Positions 9,337 to 21,043 of a stretch of DNA of 64,000 nt are shown one piece after another. Under the pieces are notes generated by a model. It made no database searches, was not told the origin of the DNA, and saw nothing but the letters and a program-made list of their open reading frames with translations. This stretch comes from Rebecca billardiae RCC1528. Its lineage: Eukaryota; Protista; Haptophyta. Within the stretch, counting starts at the first letter, position 1; the number at the start of each line of letters is the position of its first letter. The stretch is taken from the NCBI GenBank assembly GCA_965240325.2, contig OZ251236.1, forward strand, positions 124,001 to 188,000, given 5' to 3'. A program made the position numbers and the translations under genes.

Positions 9337-9843
9337 CAGGCAATCGCGGGCAATAAGAAGTCAGAGATCTCACAGCTAGCCTCGGTTTCTTAGCCGTTCG
9401 GTAGCCAGAGCGCCTACGGAGTCTCAGTTTCTTAGCTAGGTCCGCCCGCCGCGCAGGCGCGGGGGGCGCAGGGGGGCAGAGCCCCCCGCTGAGTCTTTAG
9501 GCCCGGCCGGCGAGGCCAACGAAAATTTTGGGCCTTTTTGGAGCAAATCTGGCATGATGTTGCATGGATGCTGCGGTGCACTGGCCAGGAGTCAGTCATC
9601 AGGAGAAGTCGGGACTTGGCCTGTACTCGTAGTCGGGCCGCGCGCCGCGTCCCCGACGGGCCGACTGCGCCTCGCCCCTCGGCGGACCACTCGTCAGCCG
9701 CGGGACGACGTAGTCCCGGTTTCTTAGTGTGACTATGCGTATAGCGAACCAGCCAATCGCTAGCCTCAGTTTCTAGGCCAGAACCGCAGATAGCAAGCCC
9801 CAGTTTCTTAACGTGACAGCTCCTTATTGCCCGCGATTGCCTG
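9337..9843. mobile_element. MITE, Tc1/mariner-type (TA TSD)
   Basis: Perfect 21-bp TIR CAGGCAATCGCGGGCAATAAG (9337-9357 and 9823-9843) flanked by TA on both sides; internal repeated CT/CCAGTTTCTTAG-like motif. Confidence 0.85.
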
Positions 9844-9978
9844 TAGTATAGTCGTATAGCCACTATACGTACGTGCGCGCGGACGCCTCGGACGAATATA
9901 GAGCAGCGCGCGCAGCGCGCGCAGCGCAGCGCAGTGAGCAGCACACTCTTATGAGCAGTAGTAGATAGATAGACGGCG

Positions 9979-10007
9979 GATATATATATAATATATATAT
10001 ATATATC

Positions 10008-10034
<27 letters not shown>
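9979..10034. repeat. Interrupted (TA)n microsatellite
   Basis: Seen directly. Confidence 0.95.
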
Positions 10035-10039
<5 letters not shown>

Positions 10040-10296
10040 CGGCGGCAGCGCGCGTAGCGGCGTATATAGTCGTCGCGCCGCCACCGCCATCCACAGGCTG
10101 CACGGTTACTCACTGCAGCAGTCTCAGCCACCGGGGCTTCGTCGTTTACTCGCGTCGTTTCTCGTATCGCAGCCGCATGGCAGCGGCCATCAGCGCGCAG
10201 CAGGGCGCTGGCAGCGCAAGGCGCGCGGCTCAGGGCCGAGGCCTGATGAGCGGCCTGGGCGGAGTGGCGCGGGGCGGCGCCGCAGCGCGGCCGCGG

Positions 10297-11040
10297 CTAC
10301 GACGACTTGCGGCGCTTCGACTCGGAGACACGGCCGCCGCCGCCGTCGCCGTCGCCCTCCGCCGCCGCGGCCGCGCCCTGCCGCAGGCGCTTGCTCCCGC
10401 CGCCGCCGCCGCCGCCGCCGCCCTTGTCGCCCGCGCCGCCGCCGCCGCCGCCGCCGCCGCCCGAGCCACCCTGCTTGAGAAACGACGCCTTGCTGCGCGC
10501 GGACCGGCGGACCGGCGCCGCGCGGCGGGGGCCGGGCGCGTGCACGGCTGAGCGGTGGGCGGCGCGTGCGCACGGCGCGCAGCGCATGCGTCGCGCCGCG
10601 CCGTCCGCCGCAGCGCCGTGCAGCGCGCACGGCCACGCCCATCCCTCCGCCGCAAGCAGCGCGCACACATGCACGCACACGCACACACGCACGCACACGC
10701 ACACACGCACGCACGCACGCACACACGCACACACGCACACGCACACACGCACACACACACGCGGCCACGCACGCACGCGGCCACGCACCGGCTCTCGAGC
10801 ACCTTCATCTCGCCCTCGAGCTTCTTCACCTTGGACTCGAGCTCGATCAGCTGCACGACGTCCGAGCGAAGCGCGTTGTACAGCGGCACCGTGTCGCGCG
10901 AGGGCAGCGGCCGCAGCGGGACGTCAAGGTCGCGGAGGCGCGCCTCGAAGCGCTCGGCGCCCTTGTCCGCGGCGACGCGCCGCGTCGTGATGTCGGACGA
11001 GCGCAGGAACACACCGGCCGTGCGCTGCTTCGTGCTCCGA

Positions 11041-11084
<44 letters not shown>

Positions 11085-12855
11085 TGCATGGCTCGAGCCA
11101 CCGCCGCTCGCGCCCGCGCCGCCGCGCGCCGCGCCGCCCTCGCCCGAGCGCGCGAGCAGCTTGGTCTGCTCCTTCTTGGCCAGCTTGAGCTTGTGCTCGA
11201 TGCGCCGCGCCTCCTCCAGCAGTCTGCGCGGCGGCGGCGGGCGGGCGCGCGGGCGCGGCGGCGGGTGGCAGCGGTGGGTGGGCGGGCGCGCGGCGGGTGG
11301 GCGCACGGCGGGCGGCAGCGGCGGCAGCGGGCAGAGGCGCGTGGCGGTGGCGTGGGCGCGAGACGGGGGCGAGTTGAGTGCGCGCGCCCACTGGCGGTGC
11401 AAGGCTTGCCCGCCCGAGGCCGCGCCGCGCCGCGCCTCGCGCAAGCGCTCGGCCGTGCGCCGGCCGCCCCGGCCGTGCCGTCCGCGCGGCCGCGGCCGCG
11501 GCGAGCGCGGCGCCGCGCGCTCGCGCCCAGCGCCGGCCGCGGCGCGCGCCGGCGCGCGTCGGCGCGCGGCACACCTCAGCTCCTCCGCCACCTGCGCGCG
11601 GTCGCGCCTGTACAGCGCCTCGTACGTCGCCTTCCGCTCCTCCTCGTGCCGCCGGTCGTAAGGCAGCGCAAGCAGAGGGTCGTCCGCCGAGATGCGATCT
11701 CCCGGCTGCCCCGAGATACGATCTCCCGTCTGCGGGTCGTCCGCCGAGATACGATCTCCCGGCTCGAGCGCGCCGCCGCCCGCCTGCTGCCTCTCGAGCG
11801 TGAGCTGCGCGAGCGTGCGGGCGACGGAGTAGTAGCTGGTGCGCGAGGGCGCCGCGCGCGGTTTTGGGCGGCGACGCCGCGCGCTGAGCGCCGGGCACCA
11901 CCGCGCGCGCGCCGCGGCACCGCGTGGGCGCCCGCGCCGCGCGCGCGGTCGCGCGCGTTGCCGCGTGCCGCGCGCACCGCTCCTTGAGCGCCTCGACCGA
12001 GTGCTTCCCCGGCCAGCGGTCGTGCATCACGATGAAGCGCAGCTCGAACAGCCGCGCCAGCTCCATCAGCTTGTCCGTCTGCTCGCGCGTCCACGCCGGG
12101 TCTGCAAAGGGCCAGGGGCGAGCGCGGCGGCGCGCGCGGCGCGCGCGCGCGGCGTGGGCGCGGCGTGCGTCAGGTGCTGGCGTGAGCAGCGGCGGCTCTG
12201 CGCTCGCCCCACCGGCAGCGGGCGCAGTCGCTGCCGCCCTCACTCGCCGCCGCGCAGCCCTACCCCCGTCGCCCCGCCGCCAGGCGCGGCACTGCGCTCG
12301 CGGGTGGCGGGGCCGGCGGCGCAGCGCGCGCCGGGCGCACCCTTGAGGTGCTGCTCGTACTCGTCGTCCGTGTACACGGGCACCTTCGCGCCCTTGTTGA
12401 ACCGCGCGAACTTGTAGTCCGTCGCCTTGTCCGTCGCCTGCACCCAGTGCGACAGCTCGAGGCCGTCGGTGCGAGCGGACGAGGTGAAAGAGCGCCACAC
12501 CCAGCGCGAGACGCGGCCGGAGAAGCGCTTCTCCTTGAGCGCGGCGTCGGTGGGCACGAGCGGCACGTTCTGCTTGTTCCCCATCAGCGCGTACACCTCG
12601 CGGCTCACGCCCTCCGCTGCGCGCCGCCGCGGCCGAGGGCGGATCGGGGGCGACGCGCGCACAGTGGCGCGCGGTGAGCGAGCGCGCGCGCGCGGTGCGT
12701 GTTTGTGTGTGCCGATGGCGCGGTGGGCGTGGGGCGGGGCGTGCGCGGGTACGGGCCGGATGCGCGCGCGCACGCTTCTTCTGCGAGGGCTTTGGCGCGC
12801 GCGCCGCCGGCGCCGCGCGGCCCTGCACGCCGAGGATGTCCCGCACGTCCCCCAT
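10297..12855 (-). CDS. DMAP1: DNA methyltransferase 1-associated protein 1 / SWR1-NuA4 subunit SWC4 (multi-exon)
   Basis: Exons MGDVRDILG; EGVSREVYAL; WVWRSFTSSARTDGLELSHW; YKFARFNK..VYTDDEY; SANT domain WTREQTDKLMELARLFELRFIVMHDRW; GVFLRS; GT-AG junctions checked for some introns. Confidence 0.92.
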
Positions 12856-12916
12856 CGCTGTGCCTCGCCAAAGTTGCCGGGCCGGGAGCCGGTGGCAGGC
12901 CGCTTTCGCCGCGAGC

Positions 12917-14086
12917 ATGGCTGCCGCCACTTGGCGCGTGAGCGCCCTGGCAGTGCTGGCGTGCGCGGCAGTCGCCTCGGCGCCCCTCGCGCGCGCGCCG
13001 CCAGACACGTGTGACGCGAAGCCAGCCGCCGAGCGGCGCAAGGAGCTCGCCCGATTCCGAGCGAGCTTCCGCGCCGCCGCCGCGCCGGGCGCAGAGTACC
13101 CGGGCGAACGCTGGGGCCATGAGCTGGTGTGCGGCGCGCGCGACACCGCGCTCGCGTCCAGCCGGCTTTCGGCGTTCTCGGCCAGGCCCGGGCGCCCGCC
13201 GATCGAGCTGATCAACCCGGTCAGCCGCGACGAGTTCTACGCAGCACAACTCCAGCGCAGGCGCGGGCACGCGCGCGCGAGCCGCGGCGGGCGCGGCGGC
13301 AGCCGCCTGCTCGCCGCCGATGCGGGCGCGCGCGCGTGCGCGCTGGCTGACGGCTTGGAGGTGGGCGCGCTGCACAGGCCGGCGCCGATCCCGCCGGCGT
13401 GCGCGCGGGGCATGGCGTACGTGGACCAGCTCCCGGCCGCCGAGCTGCACCGCGCGTACCCCGAGCTCGGCGGCCACGCGATCACCGCGCCTTCGATCCT
13501 AGACGACGCGTCGACGCTCGCAAAGGTTCCAAACGGAAGCCGCGGCTTCGTGATCGCGTCGCACGTGCTCGAGCACATGCCGCGCAGCGTGCGCGCGGTG
13601 CGCGCGTGGCTGCGCGTGCTCCGGCCGCGCGGGCTCGCGCTCCTCACCGTGCCGTACCAGTGCGTCACCTTCGACCAGTGGCGGCTGACGACAGACTGGC
13701 GGCACCTGCTCGCGGACGGCGGCGGCGCGGGCGGCGTGGAGCTGCGCGAGTGGCGGCTGCACCTGCCCGAGTGGACGCTGTCCCACCTGCACTCGACGGG
13801 GGAGTCGGGCGAGGCGTTCAACCGCACGCGCATGCGGTTTGAGGCCGAGCTGGCGTCGGGCGCGATGCAGGCGCGCGGCGGGGTGCACTTCCACACGTGG
13901 ACGCGCGCGTCGTGGGTCGAGTTCTGGGGGCGGCTCGACGCCAGCGGCGGCCTCGGGCGCGGCGCGCTCGTGCGCGCGCTCGGCTGGGGTGTGCCCCAGC
14001 CCGGCAGCAAGGCGGGGCTGAAGGGCGGCCGCAAGACCTCCCGAGTGGCCTGCCAGGATCTGTACGCCGTGTTAGAGAAGCGCTGA
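12917..14086 (+). CDS. Secreted/Golgi SAM-dependent methyltransferase-like protein, copy 1
   Basis: Hydrophobic N-terminus; LEVGA motif I, YVD, FVIASHVLEH, W.RVLRP.G (methyltransferase type 11-like). Confidence 0.75.
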   Translation: MAAATWRVSALAVLACAAVASAPLARAPPDTCDAKPAAERRKELARFRASFRAAAAPGAEYPGERWGHELVCGARDTALASSRLSAFSARPGRPPIELINPVSRDEFYAAQLQRRRGHARASRGGRGGSRLLAADAGARACALADGLEVGALHRPAPIPPACARGMAYVDQLPAAELHRAYPELGGHAITAPSILDDASTLAKVPNGSRGFVIASHVLEHMPRSVRAVRAWLRVLRPRGLALLTVPYQCVTFDQWRLTTDWRHLLADGGGAGGVELREWRLHLPEWTLSHLHSTGESGEAFNRTRMRFEAELASGAMQARGGVHFHTWTRASWVEFWGRLDASGGLGRGALVRALGWGVPQPGSKAGLKGGRKTSRVACQDLYAVLEKR

Positions 14087-14248
14087 ATAAGCTGAAAGCC
14101 CTGGTGTTCCAACGCTGCGCTCGCAAGTTGGCCAACCGCCGCCCTGCTCGTGAGGCGGAGCCGCCGCCAAGCAAGCCAAGCCGGTCGCAACTCGCAAGAC
14201 GTCGCAATAAAGACGCAAACATCAATCGCAAGTGCCAGGCGCAAGCCA

Positions 14249-15472
14249 ATGGCTGCCGCCACGAGTAGTACTCGCGTGAGCGCCCTGGCAGCGCTGGCGT
14301 GCGCGGCGGTGGCCTCGGCGCCCCTCGCGCGCGCGCCGCCAGACACGTGCGACGCGAAGCCAGCCGCCGAGCGGGGCAAGGAGCTCGCCCGATTCCGTGC
14401 GAGCTTCCGCGCCGCCGCCGCGCCGGGCGCAGAGTACCCGGGCGAACGCTGGGGCCATGAGCTGGTGTGCGGCGCGCGCGACACCGCGCTCGCGTCCAGC
14501 CGGCTTTCGGCGTTCTCGGCCAGGCCCGGGCGTCCGCCGATCGAGCTGATCAACCCGGGCAGCCGCGACGAGTTCTACGCGGCGCAGCTCGAGCGCAGGC
14601 GCGCGCCCGCGCCTGCGAGCCGCAGGTGGCGCGGCGCCGGGCGCGGTTGGCGCGGCGCCGTCAAAGAAAGAGAGGGCGCCGTCCGCGGTTGGCGCGGCGG
14701 CGGCCGCCGCCTGAGTAGCGAGGCGCGCGCGCGCGCGTGCGCGCTGGCTGACGGCTTGGAGGTGGGCGCGCTGCACAACCCGGCGCCGATCCCGCCGGCG
14801 TGCGCGCGGGGCATGGCGTACGTGGACCAGCTCCCCGCCGCCGAGCTGCACCGCGCGTACCCCGAGCTCGGCGGCCACGCGATCACCGCGCCTTCGATCC
14901 TGGACGACGCGTCGACGCTCGCCAAGGTTCCAAACGGAAGCCGCGGCTTCGTGATCGCGTCGCACGTGCTCGAGCACATGCCGCGCAGCGTGCGCGCGGT
15001 GCGCGCGTGGCTGCGCGTGCTCCGGCCGCGCGGGCTCGCGCTCCTCACCGTGCCGTACCAGTGCGTCACCTTCGACCAGTGGCGGCTGACGACAGACTGG
15101 CGGCACCTGCTCGCGGACGGCGGCGGCGCGGGCGGCGTGGAGCTGCGCGAGTGGCGGCTGCACCTGCCCGAGTGGACGCTGTCCCACCTGCACTCGACGG
15201 GGGAGTCGGGCGAGGCGTTCAACCGCACGCGCATGCGGTTTGAGGCCGAGCTGGCGTCGGGCGCGATGCAGGCGCGCGGCGGGGTGCACTTCCACACGTG
15301 GACGCGCGCGTCGTGGGTCGAGTTCTGGGGGCGGCTCGACGCCAGCGGCGGCCTCGGGCGCGGCGCGCTCCTGCGCGCGCTCGGCTGGGGTGTGCCCCGG
15401 CCCGCCATGGGGGACGAGGGCACCTCCCTAGCGGCCTGCCAGGATCTGTACGCCGTGTTAGAGAAGCGCTGA
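14249..15472 (+). CDS. Secreted/Golgi SAM-dependent methyltransferase-like protein, copy 2 (tandem duplicate)
   Basis: Near-identical to 12917-14086 over most of its length. Confidence 0.75.
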   Translation: MAAATSSTRVSALAALACAAVASAPLARAPPDTCDAKPAAERGKELARFRASFRAAAAPGAEYPGERWGHELVCGARDTALASSRLSAFSARPGRPPIELINPGSRDEFYAAQLERRRAPAPASRRWRGAGRGWRGAVKEREGAVRGWRGGGRRLSSEARARACALADGLEVGALHNPAPIPPACARGMAYVDQLPAAELHRAYPELGGHAITAPSILDDASTLAKVPNGSRGFVIASHVLEHMPRSVRAVRAWLRVLRPRGLALLTVPYQCVTFDQWRLTTDWRHLLADGGGAGGVELREWRLHLPEWTLSHLHSTGESGEAFNRTRMRFEAELASGAMQARGGVHFHTWTRASWVEFWGRLDASGGLGRGALLRALGWGVPRPAMGDEGTSLAACQDLYAVLEKR

Positions 15473-15735
15473 CGAGGTGCATGTGCTGAGCAGCGCCGTT
15501 CTGGGCCAGGCGCAGATGTCCGTCGTCGAGCACGTACTCGTACAGTACCGTGATCGGTGATATGCCCCTCATCAGACTGCTTCAGCTTGGCTGCGCGGCT
15601 GTCTGCTCACCAGCTGGGGTCCGTAGCGCGCTGCGCGAGCCCGCCGTGCCAGCGCCGACCAGCGGCCCGGCCGCTTGGCGGCCGCGGATACCGCCCCGGC
15701 GGCCCGGCCGCTTCAAACAGCGGCGGTTGAGAGCG

Positions 15736-18700
15736 ATGGCTGACGAGGCGGAGCAATCGCGCCTGTCCCGGCGCGCTCGCCAGCGCCGAGCGGCGGCGGC
15801 GGCGGGCGCGGCGAGCGGCGGCGGCAGAGTGGACGGGGCGGAGGAGCGCACGTCGTCGGCTGCGCGCCGCATCGCGGCCGACCCCGCCGCGGCCGCGTCG
15901 GCCGGCCTGCGCGGCGGCGGCGCCGCCGACGCAGACGGCGCGCCGGGCGCCACCGCGTCCACGGGATCGAGCGCGCGCGCGCGCAACCGGGCCCGTCGCG
16001 GCAGCCCCGGCGCGCAGCCCGCACGCGACGAGCCGCCCAGCGCGACGCCCGCCGCCGGCGCGGCGCGCGGCGCCTCGCCGACCGCCGCGGCGGACGGCGG
16101 CGCACTCGACGTGCCGTCGAGCTCGGCGGCGGCGCGCCGGCGCAGCCGGGGCCGGCCCGCGACGGCCGCGGCGTCCGACGACCCGCGGCCGTCATCGGCG
16201 CAGCCTGACGGCGCGGACGCGCCGTCGGGCGCGCGGCGGCGGCGCGGCGGCCTTGCGGCGGCTGACGGCGGCGGCAGCGGCGGCGACGGCGCGGCGCCTG
16301 GCGGCGAGGGCGCGCCAGGCGCGGGCTCGTCGCGCGCCGAGTGGCGGCGCACGCGGCGCGGCGTCGGCGCCGACGCCGCGGCCGAGCCCGAGGACGCCAC
16401 CGCGCCCGCCGACGCCGCGTCCGGCGCGCTCGCGAGCCGGCGGCGCCGCGCGCGCTCCGCCGGCGCCGCGGCCGCGCGCCGCTCGGGTCGGCAGAGCGAC
16501 GACTCGGATGGCGGCGGCGGCGGCGGCGGCGGCGTTGGCGGCGGCGGCGGCGGCGGCTCGTCGGGCGGCGGTGGGCGGTCCGCGCGCGCGTCGGCCGAGG
16601 AGCGTCCCGTCTCGCGCTTCAGCCTGCGCTCGCGCAGCCCCGCGCTCGCCACCGCCGCCGCCACCGCCGACGCCTCGCTCGAGTCCACAGTGGAGGCTGA
16701 GCTCACACGGCAGCAGCAGCACGGCGGCGCGGCCGCGGGCCAACAGCACCCGAGCTCGTTCGCGGCAACGGCGCAGCTGACGGCGACGATGCGGCGGATG
16801 TCGAAGAGCCTCACGCCCGGGGTGAGCACTCTGCGCGGCATCTTCACCAAGGGGCGCGACGCGCGCTCCTTCCGCGACGCCGACGACGACGTCGACGCGC
16901 TCCCAGAGTTCGACCGGCATGCGCTCTTCGAATCGGACGAAACCGCTTTGCGCGGCTTCGAGGCTTCGATCGCCGCGGGCGACATCCTCTCGGTGATCGT
17001 GCACCGGACGGACGAGCTGCCGGCGGACTACTGGGTGATCCACCCGATGGTGCGGCTGTACGTCTTCAACGCCAAGACCGGCCGCCTGCTGCGCAAGTCG
17101 GAGCGCGACCGGCCGGTCACGACCGCGCACGAGACGATTGCGCGGCCGCCCGGCGCGGCCGGCGGCGGTGGCGGCGGCGGCGGCGGCGGCGACGGCGCGA
17201 GGCGAGTGCCGTTCATCCTGCCGACGCAGACGCAGCCGTTCCCGCTGAAGGGGATGCAGCGGTACGCGCGCCGCGCCGCTCGCCGCGCCCGGGCCCTCCC
17301 CTCGCCCCACCGAGCGTGCGCCCGACTCTCGCCCCTGCGCCTCAGCGGCTGCCGCGCAACCCTACCCCCAACCCTAACCCACCTGCTGCGCTCTGCCGCG
17401 CAGCCGGCTGCCGGCGTGGGAGGAGGAGCTGCTGCTGCACGAGGCGTTCGGCTACGTGCTGCACCCGGACGTCGTCTTCATCTTCGAGCTGCTCGACTTC
17501 TCGCCGCAGATGGCGGCAGATCGGACCGTGGCCGGTGTGTGTGCGTGTGTGCGGCGGCGGCCTTCGCCGCGGCCTTGCTGCCGCGCCGCGCGCCGCGCCG
17601 CGCGCGCCCATGCGGCTGCCGCTGCTGAGCCGCGCGCCCGCCCGCTCCGCGCGCGCCGCGCAGACAAGATGCCCGACGGTTGGTACCGCGTGGGCTGGTC
17701 CTTCCTCCGGCCGGTCTCGCAGCGCTCGCAGCACGCCTCGTCCAACCTGCACCGCACGATGCCGCTGCGGCTGCAGCTCTACAGGCACGTGCTCGGCGGC
17801 GACGGCGGCGCGCCGGGCGGCGGCGGCGGCGCGGGCGCGCCGCCCGGCGGCTCCGCCGCCGCGCCCGCCGTGTGGGCCGAGTACCGCCAGCCGCGGCACA
17901 CGCCCTACCCGTCGACTCTGTTCGTCACAGTCCGACCGCTGCCGCGGCCGGAGCCGCAGCTAGTCGTGCATCCGTTCCGCCCGATGTCCGCGCACCATGT
18001 GGAGAAGGGGCGGCTGTCGATCGAGGAGCTGATCGCGCGGCCGATCAACCGCGAGCTCGACGGCGAGCCGGGCGAGTCCCCAGCCGCGGTGGCGGCGCGG
18101 CTTGCTGAGCTCGCGCGCGCGCCGACCGCGCTGCCAAACGCGCTGCTCTACTCGACACGGAGCGGAGGCCTCGGCGCGCGGGTGCTCAAGTTCTCGCCTT
18201 CGGGCGCGTGGCTCGCGGTGGCCGTGCTGCGCGAGGGCGGCGGCGGTGCGGCGGCGTGCGGCGAGCCCGTCGCCGCCATCTCGCTCATCGAGATGTCCAC
18301 GGGGCGGCAGCGGCAGTCGGTCCCCGCGGAGGGCGCGGCGCACACCGGGCTGGTCCACGACCTGTCGTGGGCGGCGGACGGTTCGGCGCTTCTCTCAGCC
18401 TCGTCGGACGGCACGGCGAAGGTGTGGCCGCTGGGCGTGGGCGCGGCGGCGGCGCTGCAGGCGGCGGCGGCGGCGCGTGGCGCGGCCGGCGCCGCCGCCG
18501 CCGGCGGTGCTGCCGCCGGCGCGGCGGGCGGCGCGGGCGGCGCGGCAACCTCGGACGCGGCGGCTGCGGCCGAGCCAATCGTCTTGCAGCACCCGTGTTT
18601 CGTCTACTGCGCCGCGTTCTGCGCGGCGCCGAGCGCGGACGTGGCGGACGGCGGCGGCGTGGGCTCGGCGCCGCCGCACCAGCAGCGCGTCGTCACCGGC

Positions 18701-20825
18701 GCGTACGATGGCGCAGTCCGGATCTGGGAGCTCCCGGACCCGGCGGAGCGCTCGCCGGCGCGCGGCGGCGGCGGCGCGGGCGCGCGCGACGGCGGCGCGC
18801 GGCGGCGCGGCGCGCGCGGCGGCGGCGGCGGCTCCGAGCCGGGCGCGCGCGGCGGCGGGCCCGTGCCGCCCAAGCGCGCCACGCTGGTCCGCGAGCTCGG
18901 GCCGCAGGCGCACCGCGGCCCCGTCAACTCGCTCGCGCTCTCACACGACGGCTCGCGGCTCGCGACGGCGGACGCGCTCGGGCGTGTGCATGTTTGGTCG
19001 GCGGACGGCGCACACTCGGGGCCGGTGCCGGCGAGCGCCGTGCCGCGGCGCGCGGAGAGCGGCGGCGGCGCGGGCGTCGCGACGCCCGCCGCCATCCCGA
19101 GGTGCGGCGCCGCGCCGTGCACGCGCGCTGCGCTGCGCTGCGCGCGCGCGCATGCACGCGTGCGCACGCGCACGGCGCACGCGCAACGACACTCCGCCAG
19201 CGGAGGGCCGGCTGCGATCGTGACGCGCGCGCGCGCCGACGCCCTTTGCGCGCCGCCGCCGCCGCGCGCGCAGAACCAAGCGCGCGCACGCCGCCGCGGA
19301 GTTCGAGTGGGTCTCCTCCCCCTCCGACCACCTCGCTGAGGTCCGCGACCGCGCCGTCGACCGCGTGCGCTTCCACCCGAGCGGGCGGCGGCTGCTCCTC
19401 GCCGTCCGCCAAAACGTTCTCGTGGAATTCGACTTGCGCGCCGGGCTCGCGCTCCGGCAGTTTGCTGGCTTTGAGGCGAGTGCGTACCCGGTACGCCCGC
19501 GCGCGCGTGCGCGCCGCCGCCGCCGCCGCGCGCGCTTCTCCCTCGCGCGCGCGCACCCGCGCTTTCACCATTCCAACCGCGTGCACCCCGCCGCGCGGCC
19601 GCGGCCGTGACCGCAATATCTCGCAACACCTCTGCGGCGCGCGTGCGCGGCGGCGGCGGCGTGTGTGCGCGCGCTGCAGATCAGAGCTTGCTACTCCCCC
19701 GATGGCCAGTACGTGGCGGCGGGCTCGGAGGACGGCGAGGTGCGCGTGTGGCACGGCGACACGGGCACGGCCCTCAGCCTGCCGCCGCCGCGCCTCGCCG
19801 CCTCCGCCCTCGCGCCCGTCACCGACGTCGACTGGAACTACCACGACTCCGCGCTCGCGTGCTGTGCGTTCGTGCGAGGCGCGCCACTGCTGTGCTGGGC
19901 GCACGACCCGTCGGTGGCAGCGAACGCGAGCCTGCGCGAGCTGCCGCCGCCCACGGCGAACTCGCGCGCCGCCTCGCCCTTCTCGACGCTCTCCGGCACG
20001 CGCGGCCGCGCCGCGCTCACGGCGGCCGGCGGCGGAGCCGGCGCGGCCGAGCGGCGGCCGAGCGGCGGCGCGCGCGGCTCGCCCCTGCGCCGCGCCGCGC
20101 CCTCGCGCCCAGCGGCGCCTTTCCAGCCGCCTTACGCTTCCGCGGCCTCCGCCTCGCGCCCGGGCAGCGCGGCGCCGGGCCCGCCGCCGCGCACGCCCGA
20201 TCGGTTCGGCCTGGGCGCGGGCGCGCGCGCCGGCCTCGCGCCCGCGCCGACGCACGCCGCCGCCGCGCCGCTCGCCGCTGCCGCCGCCGGCGCGCGCCGC
20301 GTCGGCGCCGCGGCTGTTCCGCCGGCGCGCGGCGGCGCGGACGGCGGCGCAGACGACGGCGGCGCAGACGGCACGGGCCGCGGCGACGCTACCGGCGCGC
20401 GCGCGCGCGCCGCGCGCGAGGCCATCGCCGCGGACGGCGGCACCAGCCCTACGCCGCGCGCGCGCACGCCCGGCGGCGGGCGGCGCGGCGCCGCGCTCGC
20501 GCCCGACATCGGCCGCGCGGCCGGCGCGGCGGCCGCCACCCCTGCGGCGCGGCCGTTCGCCGACACCGCCGCCGCTGCCCTCCGCGACGCGCCGCCGGCC
20601 GAGAGCGCGTCGGCGATCCCGGCCTCGGCCTCCCTGGACGCCAACCTCGGCGCGCTCCCCAGCGCCGCCGCCACGCCTTCTCCGGCCGTGCCGGTGCAGG
20701 CGGCAGCCGCCGACGCAGCCGGCGGAGCAGAGGACGCGGCCGGCGGCACCGCTGCGAGTGCGAGCACGGCGAGCGCGGCGCGGAGTGCTCGCAGGGCCTC
20801 GCGCCGCGCAGCCGCGTCCGAGTGA
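15736..20825 (+). CDS. AHI1: Jouberin (ciliary transition-zone C2-like plus WD40 protein), multi-exon
   Basis: VHRTD.L..D..VIHPMVR, FILPTQTQPF, WEEELL, FELLDF, W.FLRP, LRLQLY, YPSTLFVTV, then WD40 repeats (LQHPCFVYCA.F, VVTGAYDG, GSEDG). Confidence 0.85.
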
Positions 20826-21043
20826 CGACGACTGCGGTCGTCGTCAGCGCTGTAAGCCGCGGCGCTGCGGCAGCGCCGGCGCCGGCGGCGCCTCGGGCGC
20901 GGTGATGCTCGCGAGTCATCGCGGCGGATGATGATCGCGCGTCGATATCGTCGTCGCGTCATCATCACATATGGATCGGAGTGATATGGACGGCGCGGCA
21001 TATATACGGACGACGCGCGACGATCTCGGCCGGATCGATATAT

